Shown here piece by piece: positions 11,791 through 25,264 of a stretch of DNA of 64,000 bases. Origin of the DNA: Octopus vulgaris (Eukaryota); assembly GCA_951406725.2 (NCBI GenBank), contig OX597842.1:16616001-16680000 (forward strand). Reading direction: 5' to 3'. Under the pieces are notes generated by a model. It was not told where the DNA came from. It did no database searches and saw only the letters and a program-made list of their open reading frames with translations. The position numbers and the translations under genes were made by a program. Within the stretch, counting starts at the first letter, position 1. Every line of letters starts with the position of its first letter.

Positions 11791-12726
11791 TATTAACAAG
11801 AGCTGACAAGTAGTAAGAGCATAGCCTGTGTGTATGAGTCAGGAAAAGCTTTATAACTTATGATTGAAATATGGATTCTGTTGGAAGTCATTTAAGCTAA
11901 TAGGAATGGAGTTAGCTTAAATGAAAATATACTGTTCATAACATGACTCGAGTAGGGGGCTGATGTCATCCAGAACATCGGGGAGCAAAGTTGGCATAAA
12001 TGAAACAGGCTGTTCGTGATGGAATCAGAGTTTGTGGGGCCGGTATAATTCATAGCTTTTAGTGTGAAGCTGGTGTGAATAACAAGGAGCTGTTCATGAT
12101 ATGGCAAGTCAAGAGCTGATATAATCCAGAGTTAGCTGCACAATGTTGGTGATGAAACACAAAGACCTGTTCCATGTTGAAAGAGAGATGTTGCTCTTCT
12201 GCCGTCTATCCACTGATTAAAACTTCCGCTTCACTTCATGGGCAGAGAGCTGCCTTTGGTATTCATACGCACCCAGCCCTGATTGGCTGGAGAATGCCAG
12301 AGCACAACTGTGCTATGCCAGGACAAGTAAAATAGTTTTATGACTTGCTACAGATTAAAGGAACTTGTTATACAGAACAGGAATTACATTGACTTTTATA
12401 ATATTTTATAATATTTTCTATGTACTGAAATTAATTGTAAAATGTCTCTGTTTTATTGACAGGAATGTATAGGAGATGACTTTTGATTCTAATTAAAATC
12501 GGATTACAAAGGAGTTTGCAACAGCCACAGATATTAACAAAGACTGCAGTTTGATGGAAATGTAGCAGAGAAAATATTGTGAATAAAATATATAAATATT
12601 TGAAAATAAAAATATATATTGTGATAGAGAAGGAAAATTCGATAAACATTTGTGTGAGAATATGGTTGAATAAAAACCACAGTAGATTGATTGACGTCGA
12701 AAATATAACACTGTGGTATTTATAAA

Positions 12727-13794
12727 ATGTCATTCTCTCAAAAAGTTGACCTTAATATTAAGAAACTTATTTGCAGAAAGGATAGGCCATATCACTGTGA
12801 TATCTGTGGTAAATCATTCACTCAAAACAGATGCTTGACCATTCACAAACGCATTCATACAGGAGAGAATCTGTATCACTGTGATATTTGTGGTAAATCG
12901 GTCACTTCAAGTGGCAGCTTAACTATACACATACGAAGTCACACTGGTGAAAAGCCATACAGCTGTGGTATCTGTGGTAAATCATTATCTACAAGCAGCA
13001 GCTTAAGTACCCATGTACGTCTTCATACAGGAGAGAAGCCACACGGCTGTGATATCTGCGGTAAATCATTCTCTCAGGAATGTCATTTGACTATACATAA
13101 ACGAATTCACACAGGAGATAAACCTTCTCACTGTGATATCTGCGGTAAATCATTCTCTCAGAAATGTTATTTGACTATACATAAACGAATTCACACGGGA
13201 GATAAACCTTATCACTGTGATATCTGCGGTAAATCATTCTCTCAGGAAGGTACTTTGACTAAACATAAACGAATTCACACGGGAGATAAACCTTATCACT
13301 GTGATATCTGTGGTAAATCATTCTCTCAGGAATGTACTTTGACTATACATAAACGTATTCACACAGGGGATAAACCTTATCACTGTGATATCTGTGGTAA
13401 ATCGTTTTCTGTAAATCACCATTTAATCAAACACAAACAAACCCACACAGGAGAGAAGCCTTATTGTTGTGACATCTGTGGTAAATCATTCTCTGAGAAA
13501 AGTCATTTGATTGACCACAGACACATTCATACAGGAGAGAAGCCTTACCACTGTGATATCTGCGGTAAATCATTCTCTCAGAAATGTTATTTGACTATAC
13601 ATAAACGAATTCACACGGGAGATAAACCTTATCACTGTGATATCTGCGGTAAATCATTTTCTCATCAATGTTCTTTGACTATACATAAACGTATTCACAC
13701 AGGAGATAAACCTTATCACTGTGATGTCTGCAGTAAATCATTTGTTCTGAAAAGACAGTGGACTACACATGTGTGTAGTCACACTGAAGAATAA
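12727..13794 (+). CDS. Tandem C2H2 zinc-finger protein, 12 fingers (ZNF copy 2)
   Basis: 355-aa ORF nearly identical to copy 1 but lacking exactly one 28-aa unit (the SNKYHLAI finger). Confidence 0.93.
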   Translation: MSFSQKVDLNIKKLICRKDRPYHCDICGKSFTQNRCLTIHKRIHTGENLYHCDICGKSVTSSGSLTIHIRSHTGEKPYSCGICGKSLSTSSSLSTHVRLHTGEKPHGCDICGKSFSQECHLTIHKRIHTGDKPSHCDICGKSFSQKCYLTIHKRIHTGDKPYHCDICGKSFSQEGTLTKHKRIHTGDKPYHCDICGKSFSQECTLTIHKRIHTGDKPYHCDICGKSFSVNHHLIKHKQTHTGEKPYCCDICGKSFSEKSHLIDHRHIHTGEKPYHCDICGKSFSQKCYLTIHKRIHTGDKPYHCDICGKSFSHQCSLTIHKRIHTGDKPYHCDVCSKSFVLKRQWTTHVCSHTEE

Positions 13795-14958
13795 CTGTGC
13801 CAACATCACAAGTCTTTTTGTAAAAACAATATTTTATATATTGTATTTAGGAGTGGTCATTTTACCAGTTTAGCCAATAAAAACACACGCACTATATATT
13901 TGGTGTTAACCCTTTTGATACCAACCCGGCTCTCTAGTATAAATGTCTTGTTTTCATAAGTTTTGAATTAAAATCTTCCACCAAACCTTAGTCACAATTT
14001 ATGTTCCTAACACTTGCTGAATGATAGCTATGTTATTTTACTAAATTCTTTGTTATATTTAAAATCAATTGAAAGAAACACAGAGCATCTCAACAGGAAT
14101 ATGGTAACAAAAGGGTTAATTTCCTTCAGCCTTATTTATTTTTTACATTAATCTTAATCTTATTTCGGCCAGTGTTCTTTCGTCACACTCCTGTGACCTC
14201 ATCAGTGGTCCTTTGCTTTCTTCTTTCTTATTTGAAAATACTAAATAGCTGACAGTTAGTAAGGAGAGACACACAAATAAGAAAGAAGAAAGCAAAGGAC
14301 CACTGATGAGGTCACAGGAGTGTGAAGAAAGAACTCTGGCCGAAATAAGATTAAGATTAATGTAAAAATTACTGCGTGTGTTTTTATTGGCTAAACTGGC
14401 AAGATGACCATTCCGAAATACAACATCTGTTTCAACACATGATTTCACATCAAAAATCTTGCAAAACAAATAAATATTTTATATAAAAATAAATGTATTT
14501 ACACATGAAAAAGATCTGACAGAGTGTGAGAGCAATCTTCTAACCACAACTATATCTACATTGGTGACATCACTTACTGATAGTTTTAATAAAAATTATT
14601 GAAATACAGTTACACCTTACTTTCCAAGGACCCATGTTATGAAACCCCAGGTTTATGAGTTTTATTTTGCCAGCACAAGATCCAAATTTTGAACAAAATA
14701 CAAAAGTTTCTACTACCATGACAAATGCTTTTGCATGTTACCAAGAAATTTATAGAGAGTGAAATAAAGTTTCTTCTAAACAAACAATTCTACCCTTGTT
14801 TTTTAAAAAGAAATCTACAGGTCTGTCTACGAGAGTTTGTGAATCAGCAATCGCATTCACAAGTGATGGTGTGAGTGATTCAGAAAACAATTATAATAAT
14901 AATATTTTTTATTCTAAATGATCTCGGCATTCCTTTTACTTTACATAATATATTTTTT

Positions 14959-15482
14959 ACCTGTGCCGGTGGCACGTAAAAAGCACCAACCGATTGTGGC
15001 CGTTGCCAGCCTCCCCTAGCACCTGTGCTAGTGGCACGTAAAAAGCACCAACCGATTGTGGCCGTTGCCAGCCTCCCCTGGCACCTGTGCTAGTGGCACG
15101 TAAAAAGCACCAACCGATTGTGGCCGTTGCCAGCCTCCCCTGGCACCTGTGCTAGTGGCACGTAAAAAGCACCAACCGATTGTGGCCGTTGCCAGCCTCC
15201 CCTGGCACCTGTGCTAGTGGCACGTAAAAAGCACCAACCGATTGTGGCCGTTGCCAGCCTCCCCTGGCACCTGTGCTAGTGGCACGTAAAAAGCACCAAC
15301 CGATTGTGGCCATTGCCAGCCTCCCCTGGCACCTGTGCTAGTGGCACGTAAAAAGCACCAACCGATTGTGGCCGTTGCCAGCCTCCCCTGGCACCTGTGC
15401 CGGTGGCACGTAAAAAGCACCAACCGATTGTGGCCGTTGCCAGCCTCCCCTGGCACCTGTGCTAGTGGCATGTAAAAAGCAC
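14959..15482 (+). repeat. 62-bp minisatellite (8+ units) inside an RTE 3' UTR
   Basis: ACCTGTGCTAGTGGCACGTAAAAAGCACC... repeated every 62 bp; the paralog at 3279-3370 has about 1.5 units. Confidence 0.93.
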
Positions 15483-15957
15483 CCACTACACTCACGGAGT
15501 GGTTGGCGTTAGGAAGGGCATCCAGCCGTAGAAACATTGCCAGATCAGACTGGGCCTGGTGCAGCCTTCTGGCTTCCCAGACCCCAGTTGAACCGTCCAA
15601 CCCATGCTAGCATGGAAAGCAGACGCTAAACGAAGATGATGATGATATAGATATATATATATAATTGTTACTTGAAAGAATAAAATCGAAAACTTACAGG
15701 GAAAAAAATTTCAATTTAGAAATACTAAATCAAATTTCACACAAAATAATATATACTCTTTTACTTGTTTTGAGTCATTTGACTGCGGCCATGCTGGGGC
15801 ACCGCCTTTAGTCGTTCAAATCGACCCCAGGACTTATTCTTTGTAGGCCCAGTACTTATTCTATCGGTCTCTTTTGCTGAACCGCTAAGTGACGGGGACG
15901 TAAACACACCAGCATCGGTTGTCAAGCAATGCTAGGGGGACAAACACAGATACACAA

Positions 15958-16016
<59 letters not shown>

Positions 16017-16406
16017 TACGACAGGCTTCTTTCAGTTTCCGTCTACGAAACCCACTCACAAGGCATTCGTCGGCCCGGGGCTATAGCAGAAGACACTTGC
16101 CCAAGATGCCACGCAGTGGGACTGAACCCGGAACCATGTGGTTGGTTAGCAAGCTACTTACCACACAGCCACTCCTGCGCCTGTGTGGTACATAGACAAA
16201 GTATACCTTATGGGAATCAGGGTGCTCCTGGGATTGAAAATCTGCCATTCATTTGGTTTTGAACATCCAGCTTTGAGCTCAGGTCTGGATGAGGATTTCT
16301 TGTATGCTAACAGTCGAACATTCCAATTATATATATAAAAAATTAGAAATTTGAATTGATAAAAGGTGTTCTTTTTTCTAATTTTATATATATATTATTT
16401 AGTAAG

Positions 16407-16910
16407 CCTCTTCTCCTTATCTCCTCAAAGACATACAGCATCTCGAAAGAGTCCAGAAGGTGGCTACCCGCATGGTTCATGGTCTCAAAAATTTGTCCTA
16501 CGAAGAAAGGCTGAGGACGCTCGACCTTTATTCTCTTGAAAAACGCCGCCGCCGTGGTGATCTCATTCTCGCCCACAACATCATAAGCGGAAAGTGTAAC
16601 CTCTCGAAAGAGCTGTTCTTCACTCCTGCTCCAGAGCGTCGGCTGCGGGGTCATTCCAAAAAGCTCTACCTGCGACGATTTCATCTCAATCGAAGGAGAG
16701 GAGCTTTCTCCGTCCGGGTTGCGGATCCGTGGAACAAGCTGCAAGACGAGATGGTGAAGATGCCGACGACCGCTCGGTTCAAATTGTCCCTTGACTACAA
16801 GTGGCCTGAACTCTTTACATGAACACCACCCTGTACTTAACTCCATGTCCCCCTACATGGCCTTGCTATTTGCTTTTGAGCCAAATTAACTAACTAACTA
16901 ACTAACTAAC
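16407..16910 (+). mobile_element. 5'-truncated CR1/L2-type LINE (duplicate of 4273-4775, reading frame intact)
   Basis: ORF 16460-16822 ends RVADPWNKLQDEMVKMPTTARFKLSLD; TSD TAGTAAG at 16400-16406 and 16911-16917. Confidence 0.9.
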
Positions 16911-18508
16911 TAGTAAGAAAATGGAAAGATTTACTGGATATAAATTAATTTAGGTTCTTATAAACTCTACATTTGGAATGACCCATTTTAAATTCTGTTG
17001 GATTTTACTCATAAGGTCTTGGAATCTTACATAACATACCTATTTCTTTACTACCCACAAGGGGCCAAACAAGGACAGACAAACAGATTAAGTCAATTAT
17101 ATCGACGAAAGGATGAAAGGCAAAGTCAACCTCAGCGGAATTTGAACTCAGAACATAACGGCAGACGAAATACCTATTTCTTTATTACCCACAAGTGGCT
17201 AAACACAGAGGAGACAAAGAAGGACAGACACATGGATTAAGTCGATTACATCAACTGCAGTGCATAACTGGTACTTTATTTATCGACCCCGAAAGGATAA
17301 AAGGCAAAGTCGACCTCGGCGGGATTTGAACTCAGAACGTAACAGAAGGCGAAATACTGCTACGCATTTCGCCCGGCGTGCTAACGTTTCTGCCAGCTGT
17401 GTGTGTGTGTGTGTTTGCCCCCCCCTCCTCCAACATCACTTGACAACCGATGCTAGTGTGTTTACGTCAGCGTGTCAGCAAAAGCGATCGATAGAATAAG
17501 TACTAGGCTTACAAAGAATAAGTACTGGGGTCGATTTGCTCGACTAAAGGCGGTGCTCCAGCATGGCCACAGTCAAATGTCTGAAACAAGTAAGATAGTA
17601 AATAGTAGTCTGAAGCACTCCGTCGGTTACGACGACGAGGGTTCAGGTTGATCCGAATCAATGGAACAGCCTGCTCGTGAAATTAACGTGTAAGTGGCTG
17701 AGCACTCCACAGACACGTGTACCCTTAACGTAGTTCTCAGGGATATTCAGTGTGACACAGAGAGTGACAAGGCCGGCCCTTTGAAATACAGGTATAACAG
17801 AAACAGGAAGTAAGAGTGAGAGAAAGTTGTGGTGAAAGAGTACAGCAGGGATCACCACCATCTCCTGCCGGAGCTTCGTGGAGCTTTAGGTGTTTTCGCT
17901 CAATAAACACTCACAACGCCCGATCTGGGAATCGAAACCGCGATCCTATGACCGCGAGTCCGCTGCCCTAACCACTGGGCCATTGCGCCTCCTAAATAGT
18001 AGTGATAGTATTGCCTACAATTGTTTCAATTTACACTCCGTACAAATTACAAACGTAAAGAATAAAATATGTTCGCATTTTGAAGATTTTGAGCAAAATA
18101 TCATCAGGGGGAAAGGACTTTTAGGAAGCTCCGTGTAGTTCGGTTGAGATATTCCAGCAGACTAAGTAGATAAAAGTGTGTTTAGTTATTTGTGTGTGTT
18201 AATGTAATTTAGATATAATAATTATAAATAAAGTATATAAAAAATCTTAAAATATAAAAATAGAAATAATAAAAATATTCAAAGATAAGGTGTGCAGACA
18301 AAATAAAATAATAAAAAAATAGATAGATAGATCGATAGATAGAGATAGATAGATAAACAGATAGATAGATAGACAGACAGATAGATAGATAGATAGACAG
18401 ATAGGCAGAGAGACAGACAGATAGATAGATAGATATGGATAGATAGATAGATAGATAGACAGATAGATAGAGAGAGAGAGAGATATGGATAGATCGATAT
18501 GGAGATAG

Positions 18509-18545
<37 letters not shown>

Positions 18546-19127
18546 TAGACATATAGAGAGATAGATAGATATATATATAGATAGATAGAGAGAGAGAGAC
18601 AGATAGATAGAGATAGAGTGAGAAAGAGAGAGAGACAGAAAAAACGAAACGAATTAAAAATAATACTCTACTAAACTAGGTTTGATATTTCTTTCGTTTT
18701 TATACCCGTAATTACTCCAAAGTATATTTAGAAATAGACAGATTGTTTATTATCGAACTAAATGAAATGTGTAGATATGATTATCTCTTGTTAATGTGAT
18801 TTATAATTTTTTTTTAAGGTGTGGGGGAAGAATAAAAATACGAAACTAGAACAAGGAATTAGTCAACTGCAAATACGATTTGATGGCAGAAAGTTGAGAA
18901 AAAGAGAATCGGAACAGGGTGGAACGAAACCTACAGATGTTTCCGTATACACACAGCTAGAAGCATACATTTATATGTGTAATATCATTTCTGAAATTTT
19001 CACTTAAAATATATAACAAACATATTATTCCCAATGTATTGCAAGGCTAAAAAATTTATATAAAACATAAAAACATTGAAATTCTTTATATCTGTGACAG
19101 ATTCTATCTTTTGGGGGTTCTTTTGTC

Positions 19128-19252
19128 TACGTTTCGTTTTATTTTCTGTGTCGGTTTTATAATATTCCTGATGTCAAACTGCTGTCGAGTCGCACCTTGC
19201 TTGTAATTAAAGATCTTTCACATTTAGCATTGATTTATCAGAACAGGTAAGA
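19128..19252 (+). promoter_or_regulatory. Putative non-coding first exon and donor of ZNF copy 3
   Basis: Paralog of 7639-7764; GTAAGA at 19247; acceptor AG at 22433-22434. Confidence 0.5.
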
Positions 19253-19844
19253 CATAATTACATATTACCTTAGTAAAAAGCAGTGAATACGGATAATTAA
19301 AAGCTCCAGGCAGAAGTGCAAATTGTTAATGTTGATAAGTCCGAGATCGCTATTAAACCTTTATTGTCCGTCACTAATTGTCTGATACCAGTAATTAAAC
19401 TATAACCTAAATAAATAAGTTTATTCTAGACCCTTCTGGGATCTTTTCGGTTTGAACGGCAGTTTTTTTAAATATTTTCCACGTAACTAAACATTTTAAA
19501 ACTTCGTATACTGGTAGAATGTGTTTATAAAACATCTTTTTCTCTTGGCTTTATTGAGAAAATTCTATTGTTTGTAAGATATTTGTTGTTTTTTTCTGCA
19601 ATTTTAACCAATCAATGACGTCTATTGAGGTGAAACAAACATTCTGGTAGGCCTGAGGCTATAGTAGAAGACACTTGCCCAAGGTGCCATGCAGTGGGAA
19701 TGAACCCGGAACCATGTGGTTGGTAAGCAAGCTACTTACCACACAGCCAACCCTGTGCCTATAGATATAGCAGTAGACACATAACCAACGTTTTATGGAG
19801 TGGAACTGAACCCGAAACTGTGTGGATGGGACAGGCTGTTGAAT

Positions 19845-20451
19845 TTGTTTTAAGGCGGCAAGCTGGCAGAAACGTTAGCAAGCCAGGCGATATGCGTTGC
19901 CGTATTTCGCCTGCCGTTACATTCTGAGTTCAAATTCCGGGGAGGTCCACTTTGCCTTTCATCCTTTCGAGGTCGATTAAATAAGTACCAGTTACGCACT
20001 GGGGTCGATATAATCTACTTAATCCGTCTGTCTGTCCTTGTTTGTCTCCTCTGTGTTTAGCTCCTTGTGGGTAGTAAAGAAATAGGTATTTCGTCCGTCT
20101 TTACGTTCTGAGTTCAAATTCCACCGAGGTCGACTTTGCCTTTCATCCTTTCGGGGTCGATTAAATAAGTACCAGTTACGCACTGGGGTCGATATAATCT
20201 ACTTAATCCGTTTGTCTGTCCTTGTTTGTCTCCTCTGTGTTTAGCCCCTTGTGGGCAGTAAAGAAATAGGTATTTCGTCTGTCTTTACATTCTGAGTTCA
20301 AATTCCGCCGAGGTCGACTTTGCCTTTCATCCTTTCGAGGTCGATTAAATAAGTACCAGTTACGCACTGGGGTCGATATAATCTACTTGATCCGTTTGTC
20401 TGTCCTTGTTTGTCCACTCTGTGTATAGCCCCTTGTGGGTAGTAAAGAAAT
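19845..20451 (+). mobile_element. SINE family C with triplicated body and 12-bp TSD
   Basis: AGGCTGTTGAAT at 19833-19844 and 20452-20463; empty site at ~58982. Confidence 0.82.
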
Positions 20452-21315
20452 AGGCTGTTGAATATGTTAACACTGACATTTTGTTTTCTTATAGTGTCTG
20501 AATTATTTCCCATGATTAGTAATAATAATAAAACGTTTATTGGTACCCTACCAATTTAGTATTACTTTAAATTCAGTTTAAATGAAAAACTTGTAGGTTC
20601 ACAAATTTTTTGGGTTTCTTTAATTGGAATGTTCGACTGTTAGGAGTGGCTGTGTGGTAAGTAGCTTGCTTACCAACCACATGGTTCCGGGTTCAGTCCC
20701 ACTGTGTGGCACCTTGGGCAAGTGTCTTCTACTATAGCCTCGGGCCGACCAAAGCTTTGTGAGTGGATTTGGTAGACGGAAACTGAAAGAAGCCCGTCGT
20801 ATATATGTATATATATATATATGTTTGCGTGTATGTTTGTGTGTCTGTGTTTGTCCCCCTAGCATTGCTTGACAACCGATGCTGGTGTGCTTACGTCCCC
20901 ATCACTTAGCGGTTCGGCAAAAGAGACTGATAGAATAAGTACTGGGCTTACAAAGAATAAGTCCCAGGGTCGAGTTGCTCGACTAAAAGCGGTGCTCCAG
21001 CATGGCCGCAGTCAACTGACTGAAACAAGTAAAGGAGTAAAAGAGTGTTAGCATACAACAAATCCTCTTTCAGACCTGAGCTCAAAGCTGGATGTTCAAA
21101 ACCAAATGAAGGGCAGATTTTCAATCCCAGGAACAACCTGATTCCCATAAGGTATAGTTTGTCTATTAACCACACAGGCGCAGGAGTGTCTTGGTTCTGG
21201 GTTCAGTCCCACTGCATGGCACCTTGGGCAAGTGTCTTCTACTATAGCCTCGGGCCGACCAAATGCAAAATTGTGTCTGTCCGTCTGGGGCCCCTGTATC
21301 TCAATCTACATTTGC

Positions 21316-21895
21316 TTTACTCTTTTATTTGTTTCAGTCATTTCACAGTGGCCATGCTTGAGCACCACCTTTAGTTGAGCAAATTGACCCCAAGACTTAG
21401 TCTTTGTAAGCCTAGTACTTATTCTATCGGTCTCTTTTCTCTTTTACTCTTTTACTTGTTTCAGTCATTTGACAGTGGCCATGCTTGAGCACCACCTTTA
21501 GTTGAGCAAATCGACCCCAAGACTTAGTCTTTGTAGGCCTAGTACTTATTCTATCGGTCTCTTTTCTCTTTTACTCTTTTACTTGTTTCAGTCATTTGAC
21601 TGCGGCCATGCTGGAGCACCACCTTTAGTCAAGCAAATCGACCGCAGAACTTAGTCTTTGTTAGCCTAGTACTTATTCTATAGGTCTCTTTTCTCTTTTA
21701 CTCTTTTACTTGTTTCAGTCATTTGACAATGGCCATGCTGGAGCACCACCTTTAGTCGAGCAAATCGACCACCTTAGTCGAGCAGGACTTATTCCTCTAA
21801 GCCTAATACTTATTCTATCGGTCTCTTTTGCCGGAGCGCTAAGTTACGGGGATGTAAACACACCAGCATCGGTTGTCAAGTGATGTTGGGGGGGA
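21316..21895 (-). repeat. Tandem ~125-bp repeats of the SINE-A tail (about 4 units)
   Basis: TTTCAGTCATTTGAC..GGCCATGCT..AGCACCACCTTTAG...TATCGGTCTC repeated. Confidence 0.85.
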
Positions 21896-22710
21896 ACAAA
21901 TAGAGAAACATAACATGACTCAAGTAGTGAGCTGATGTCATCCAGAATATCGGGGAGCATAGTTGGCATAAATGAAATAAGCTGTTCGTGATGGGATCAG
22001 AGTTTGTGGGGCCGGTATAATTCATAGCTTGTGGTGTGAAGCTGGTGTGAATAACAAGGAGCTGTTCATGATATGGCAAGTCAAGAGCTGATATAATCCA
22101 GAGTTTGCTGCACAATGTTGGTGATGAAACACAAAGACCTGTTCCGTGTTGAAAGAGAGATGTTGCTCTTCTGCCGTCTATCCACTGATTAAAACTTCCG
22201 CTTCACTTCATGGGCAGAGAACTGCTTTTGGTATTCATACGCACCCAGCCCTGATTGGCTGGAGAATGCCAGAGCACAACTGTGCTATGCCAGGACAAGT
22301 AAAATAGTTTTATGACTTGCTACAGATTAAAGGAACTTGTTATACAGAACAGGAATTACATTGACTTTTATAATATTTTATAATATTTTCTATGTACTGA
22401 AATTAATTGTAAAATGTCTCTGTTTTATTGACAGGAATGTATAGGAGATGACTTTTGATTCTAATTAAAATCGGATTACAAAGGAGTTTGCAACAGCCAC
22501 AGATATTAACAAAGACTGCAGTTTGATGGAAATGTAGCAGAGAAAAGATTGTGAATAAAATATATAAATATTTGAAAAAAAAAACATATATTGTGATAGA
22601 GAAGGAAAATTCGATAAACATTTATGTGAGAATATGGTTGAATAAAAACCACAGTGGATTGATTGACGTCGAAAAATATTGGGAAAATATAACACTGTGG
22701 TATTTATAAA

Positions 22711-24198
22711 ATGTCATTCTCTCAAAAAGTTGACCTTAATATTAAGAAACTTATTTGCAGAAATGATAGGCCATATCACTGTGATGTCTGTGGTAAATCA
22801 TTCACTCAAAACAGATCCTTGACCATTCACAAACGCATTCATATGGGAGAGAATCTGTATCACTGTGATATTTGTGGTCTTTCATTCTCTGAAGGAAATA
22901 GTTTGAGTCTACACAAACAAATTCATACAGAAGAGAAACCACGTCACTGTCGTATCTGTGGTAAATCATTCTCTCGAAATGATAACTTAACTGATCATTT
23001 GCGTATTCATACAGGAGAGAAACCTTATCACTGTGAGATCTGTGGTAAATCGGTCACTTCAAGTGGCGGCTTAACTAAACACATACGAACTCACACTGGT
23101 GAAAAGCCATACAGCTGTGGTATCTGTGGTAAATCATTATCTACAAGCAGCAACTTAAATACCCATGTACGTCTTCATACAGGAGAGAAGCCACACGGCT
23201 GTGATACCTGCGGTAAATCATTCTCTCAGGAATGTCATTTGACTATACATAAACGAATTCACACGGGAGATAGACCTTATCACTGTGATATCTGCGGTAA
23301 ATCATTCTCTCAGAAATGTTATTTGATTATACATAAACGTATTCACACGGGAGATAAACCTTATCACTGTGATATCTGTGGTAAATCGTTTTATGTAAAT
23401 TGCGCTTTAATCAAACACAAACAAATTCATACCGGAGAGAAGCCTTATTGTTGTGACATCTGTGGTAAATCATTCTCTCAGAAAAGTCATTTGATTGATC
23501 ACAAACACTTTCATACAGGAGAGAAGCCTTATCACTGTGATGTCTGCAGTAAATCATTTATTCGGAAAAGACAGTTGACTATACATAAACGTATTCACAC
23601 AGGAGAGAAGCCTTATCACTGTGATATCTGTGGTAAATCGTTTTCTGTAAATCACCATTTAATCAAACACAAACAAATTCACACAGGAGAGAAGCCTTAT
23701 TGTTGTGACATCTGTGGTAAATCATTCTCTCAGAAAAGTCATTTGATTGAACACAGACACATTCATACAGGAGAGAAGCCTTATCACTGTGATGTCTGCA
23801 GTAAATCATTTATTCGGAAAAAACAGTTGACTATACATAAACATATTCACACAGGAGATAAACCTTATCACTGTGATATCTGTGGTAAATCATTCTCTCA
23901 TCAATGTTCTTTGACTATACATAAACATATTCACACAGGAGAGAAGCCTTATCACTGTGATGTCTGTGGTAAATCATTCCGTCAGAACAATCCTTTGACT
24001 ATACATAAACGTATTCACACAGGAGAGAAGCCTTATCACTGTGATGTCTGTGGTAAATCATTCTGTCAGAAATATCCTTTGACTATACATAAACGTATTC
24101 ACACAGGAGAGAAGCCTTATCACTGTGATGTCTGCAGTAAATCATTTGCTCAGAAAAGACAGTTGACTACACATGTGTGTAGTCACACTAAAGAATAA
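22711..24198 (+). CDS. Tandem C2H2 zinc-finger protein, 17 fingers (ZNF copy 3)
   Basis: 495-aa ORF with the same N-terminus and HVCSHT[K/E]E end; has SEGNSL and SRNDNL fingers that copies 1 and 2 lack. Confidence 0.93.
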   Translation: MSFSQKVDLNIKKLICRNDRPYHCDVCGKSFTQNRSLTIHKRIHMGENLYHCDICGLSFSEGNSLSLHKQIHTEEKPRHCRICGKSFSRNDNLTDHLRIHTGEKPYHCEICGKSVTSSGGLTKHIRTHTGEKPYSCGICGKSLSTSSNLNTHVRLHTGEKPHGCDTCGKSFSQECHLTIHKRIHTGDRPYHCDICGKSFSQKCYLIIHKRIHTGDKPYHCDICGKSFYVNCALIKHKQIHTGEKPYCCDICGKSFSQKSHLIDHKHFHTGEKPYHCDVCSKSFIRKRQLTIHKRIHTGEKPYHCDICGKSFSVNHHLIKHKQIHTGEKPYCCDICGKSFSQKSHLIEHRHIHTGEKPYHCDVCSKSFIRKKQLTIHKHIHTGDKPYHCDICGKSFSHQCSLTIHKHIHTGEKPYHCDVCGKSFRQNNPLTIHKRIHTGEKPYHCDVCGKSFCQKYPLTIHKRIHTGEKPYHCDVCSKSFAQKRQLTTHVCSHTKE

Positions 24199-25214
24199 CT
24201 GTGCCAACATCAGAAGGCTTTTTGTAAAAACTATATTTTATATATTGTTGTATTTTGGAAGGGTCATTTTGCCAGTTTAGCCAATAAAAACACACGCACT
24301 ATATATTTGGTGTTAACCCTTTTGATACCAACCCGACCAAAACCACCTCTGGCTCTGTAGTATAAATGTCTTGTTTTCATAAGTTCTGAATTAAAATCTT
24401 CCACCAAACCTTAGTCACAATTTATGTTCCTAACACTAGCTTAATGATAATTAAGTTATTTTACTAAATTCTTTGTTATATTCAAAATTAATTCAAAGAA
24501 ACATGGAGCATCTCGACAGAAATATGGTAATGAAAAGGGTTAAAGACAGTCAGTCAAATGTGTCTCCAATTTGCACAAGATTTGGCTGCTATTTCTAACG
24601 AGTGAAACAAAATCTGAAAATTTAATCTTTTGATACCAACCCGACTGAAACCACCTCTGGCTCTGTAGTATAAATGTCTTGTTTTCATAAGTTTTGAATT
24701 AAAATCTTCCACCAAACCTTTGTCACAATTTATGTTCCTAACACTTGCTGAATGATAACTAAGTTATTTTATTAAATTCTTTGTTATATTTAACCCTTTT
24801 GATACAAACCTGGCTAAAACCACCTCTGGCTCTGTAGTACAAATGTCTTGTTTTCATAAGTTTTAAATTAAAATCTTCCACCAAACCTTAGTCACAATTT
24901 ATGTTCCTAACACTTGCTGAATGATAACTAAGTTATTTTACTAAATTCTTTGTTATATTTAAAATCAATTGAAAGAAACACAGAGCATCTCAACAGGAAT
25001 ATGGTAACAAAAGGGTTAATTTGCTTCAATTTGACCCGGTGTGGTAATGATTCTGCCAGCTCACCACATTTCTTACATGTATACCATTTTGCCTAAAAAA
25101 TGGATCTACAACTTCAATATCCTACATATCTCACATCTATTTTCTTTTCTCCACCTCACTCTCTATTTTGTATCCTATCTAAATTAACTATTATTTAACC
25201 ATCCTCTCACACCA

Positions 25215-25264
25215 TCTCCGATGAAGGGATATAATTAATAAATATCCTAGAAACAGCTGTAAGA
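25215..25264 (+). ncRNA. Minimal type-I hammerhead-ribozyme-like motif in a Penelope-like fragment
   Basis: TCT-CCGATGA-ag-GGATAT..ATATCC-ta-GAAA-CAGCTG-TA-AGA: stem I, stem II, palindromic stem III, GUA cleavage triplet; non-canonical U4C core. Copies at ~49502-49550 and ~52571-52620. Confidence 0.5.

Larger units (their letters stand above)
11947..19645 (+). repeat. Segmental duplication copy B (matches 1-8170)
   Basis: Starts CTCGAGTAGGGGGCTGATG, identical to position 1; same order of features. Confidence 0.92.
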
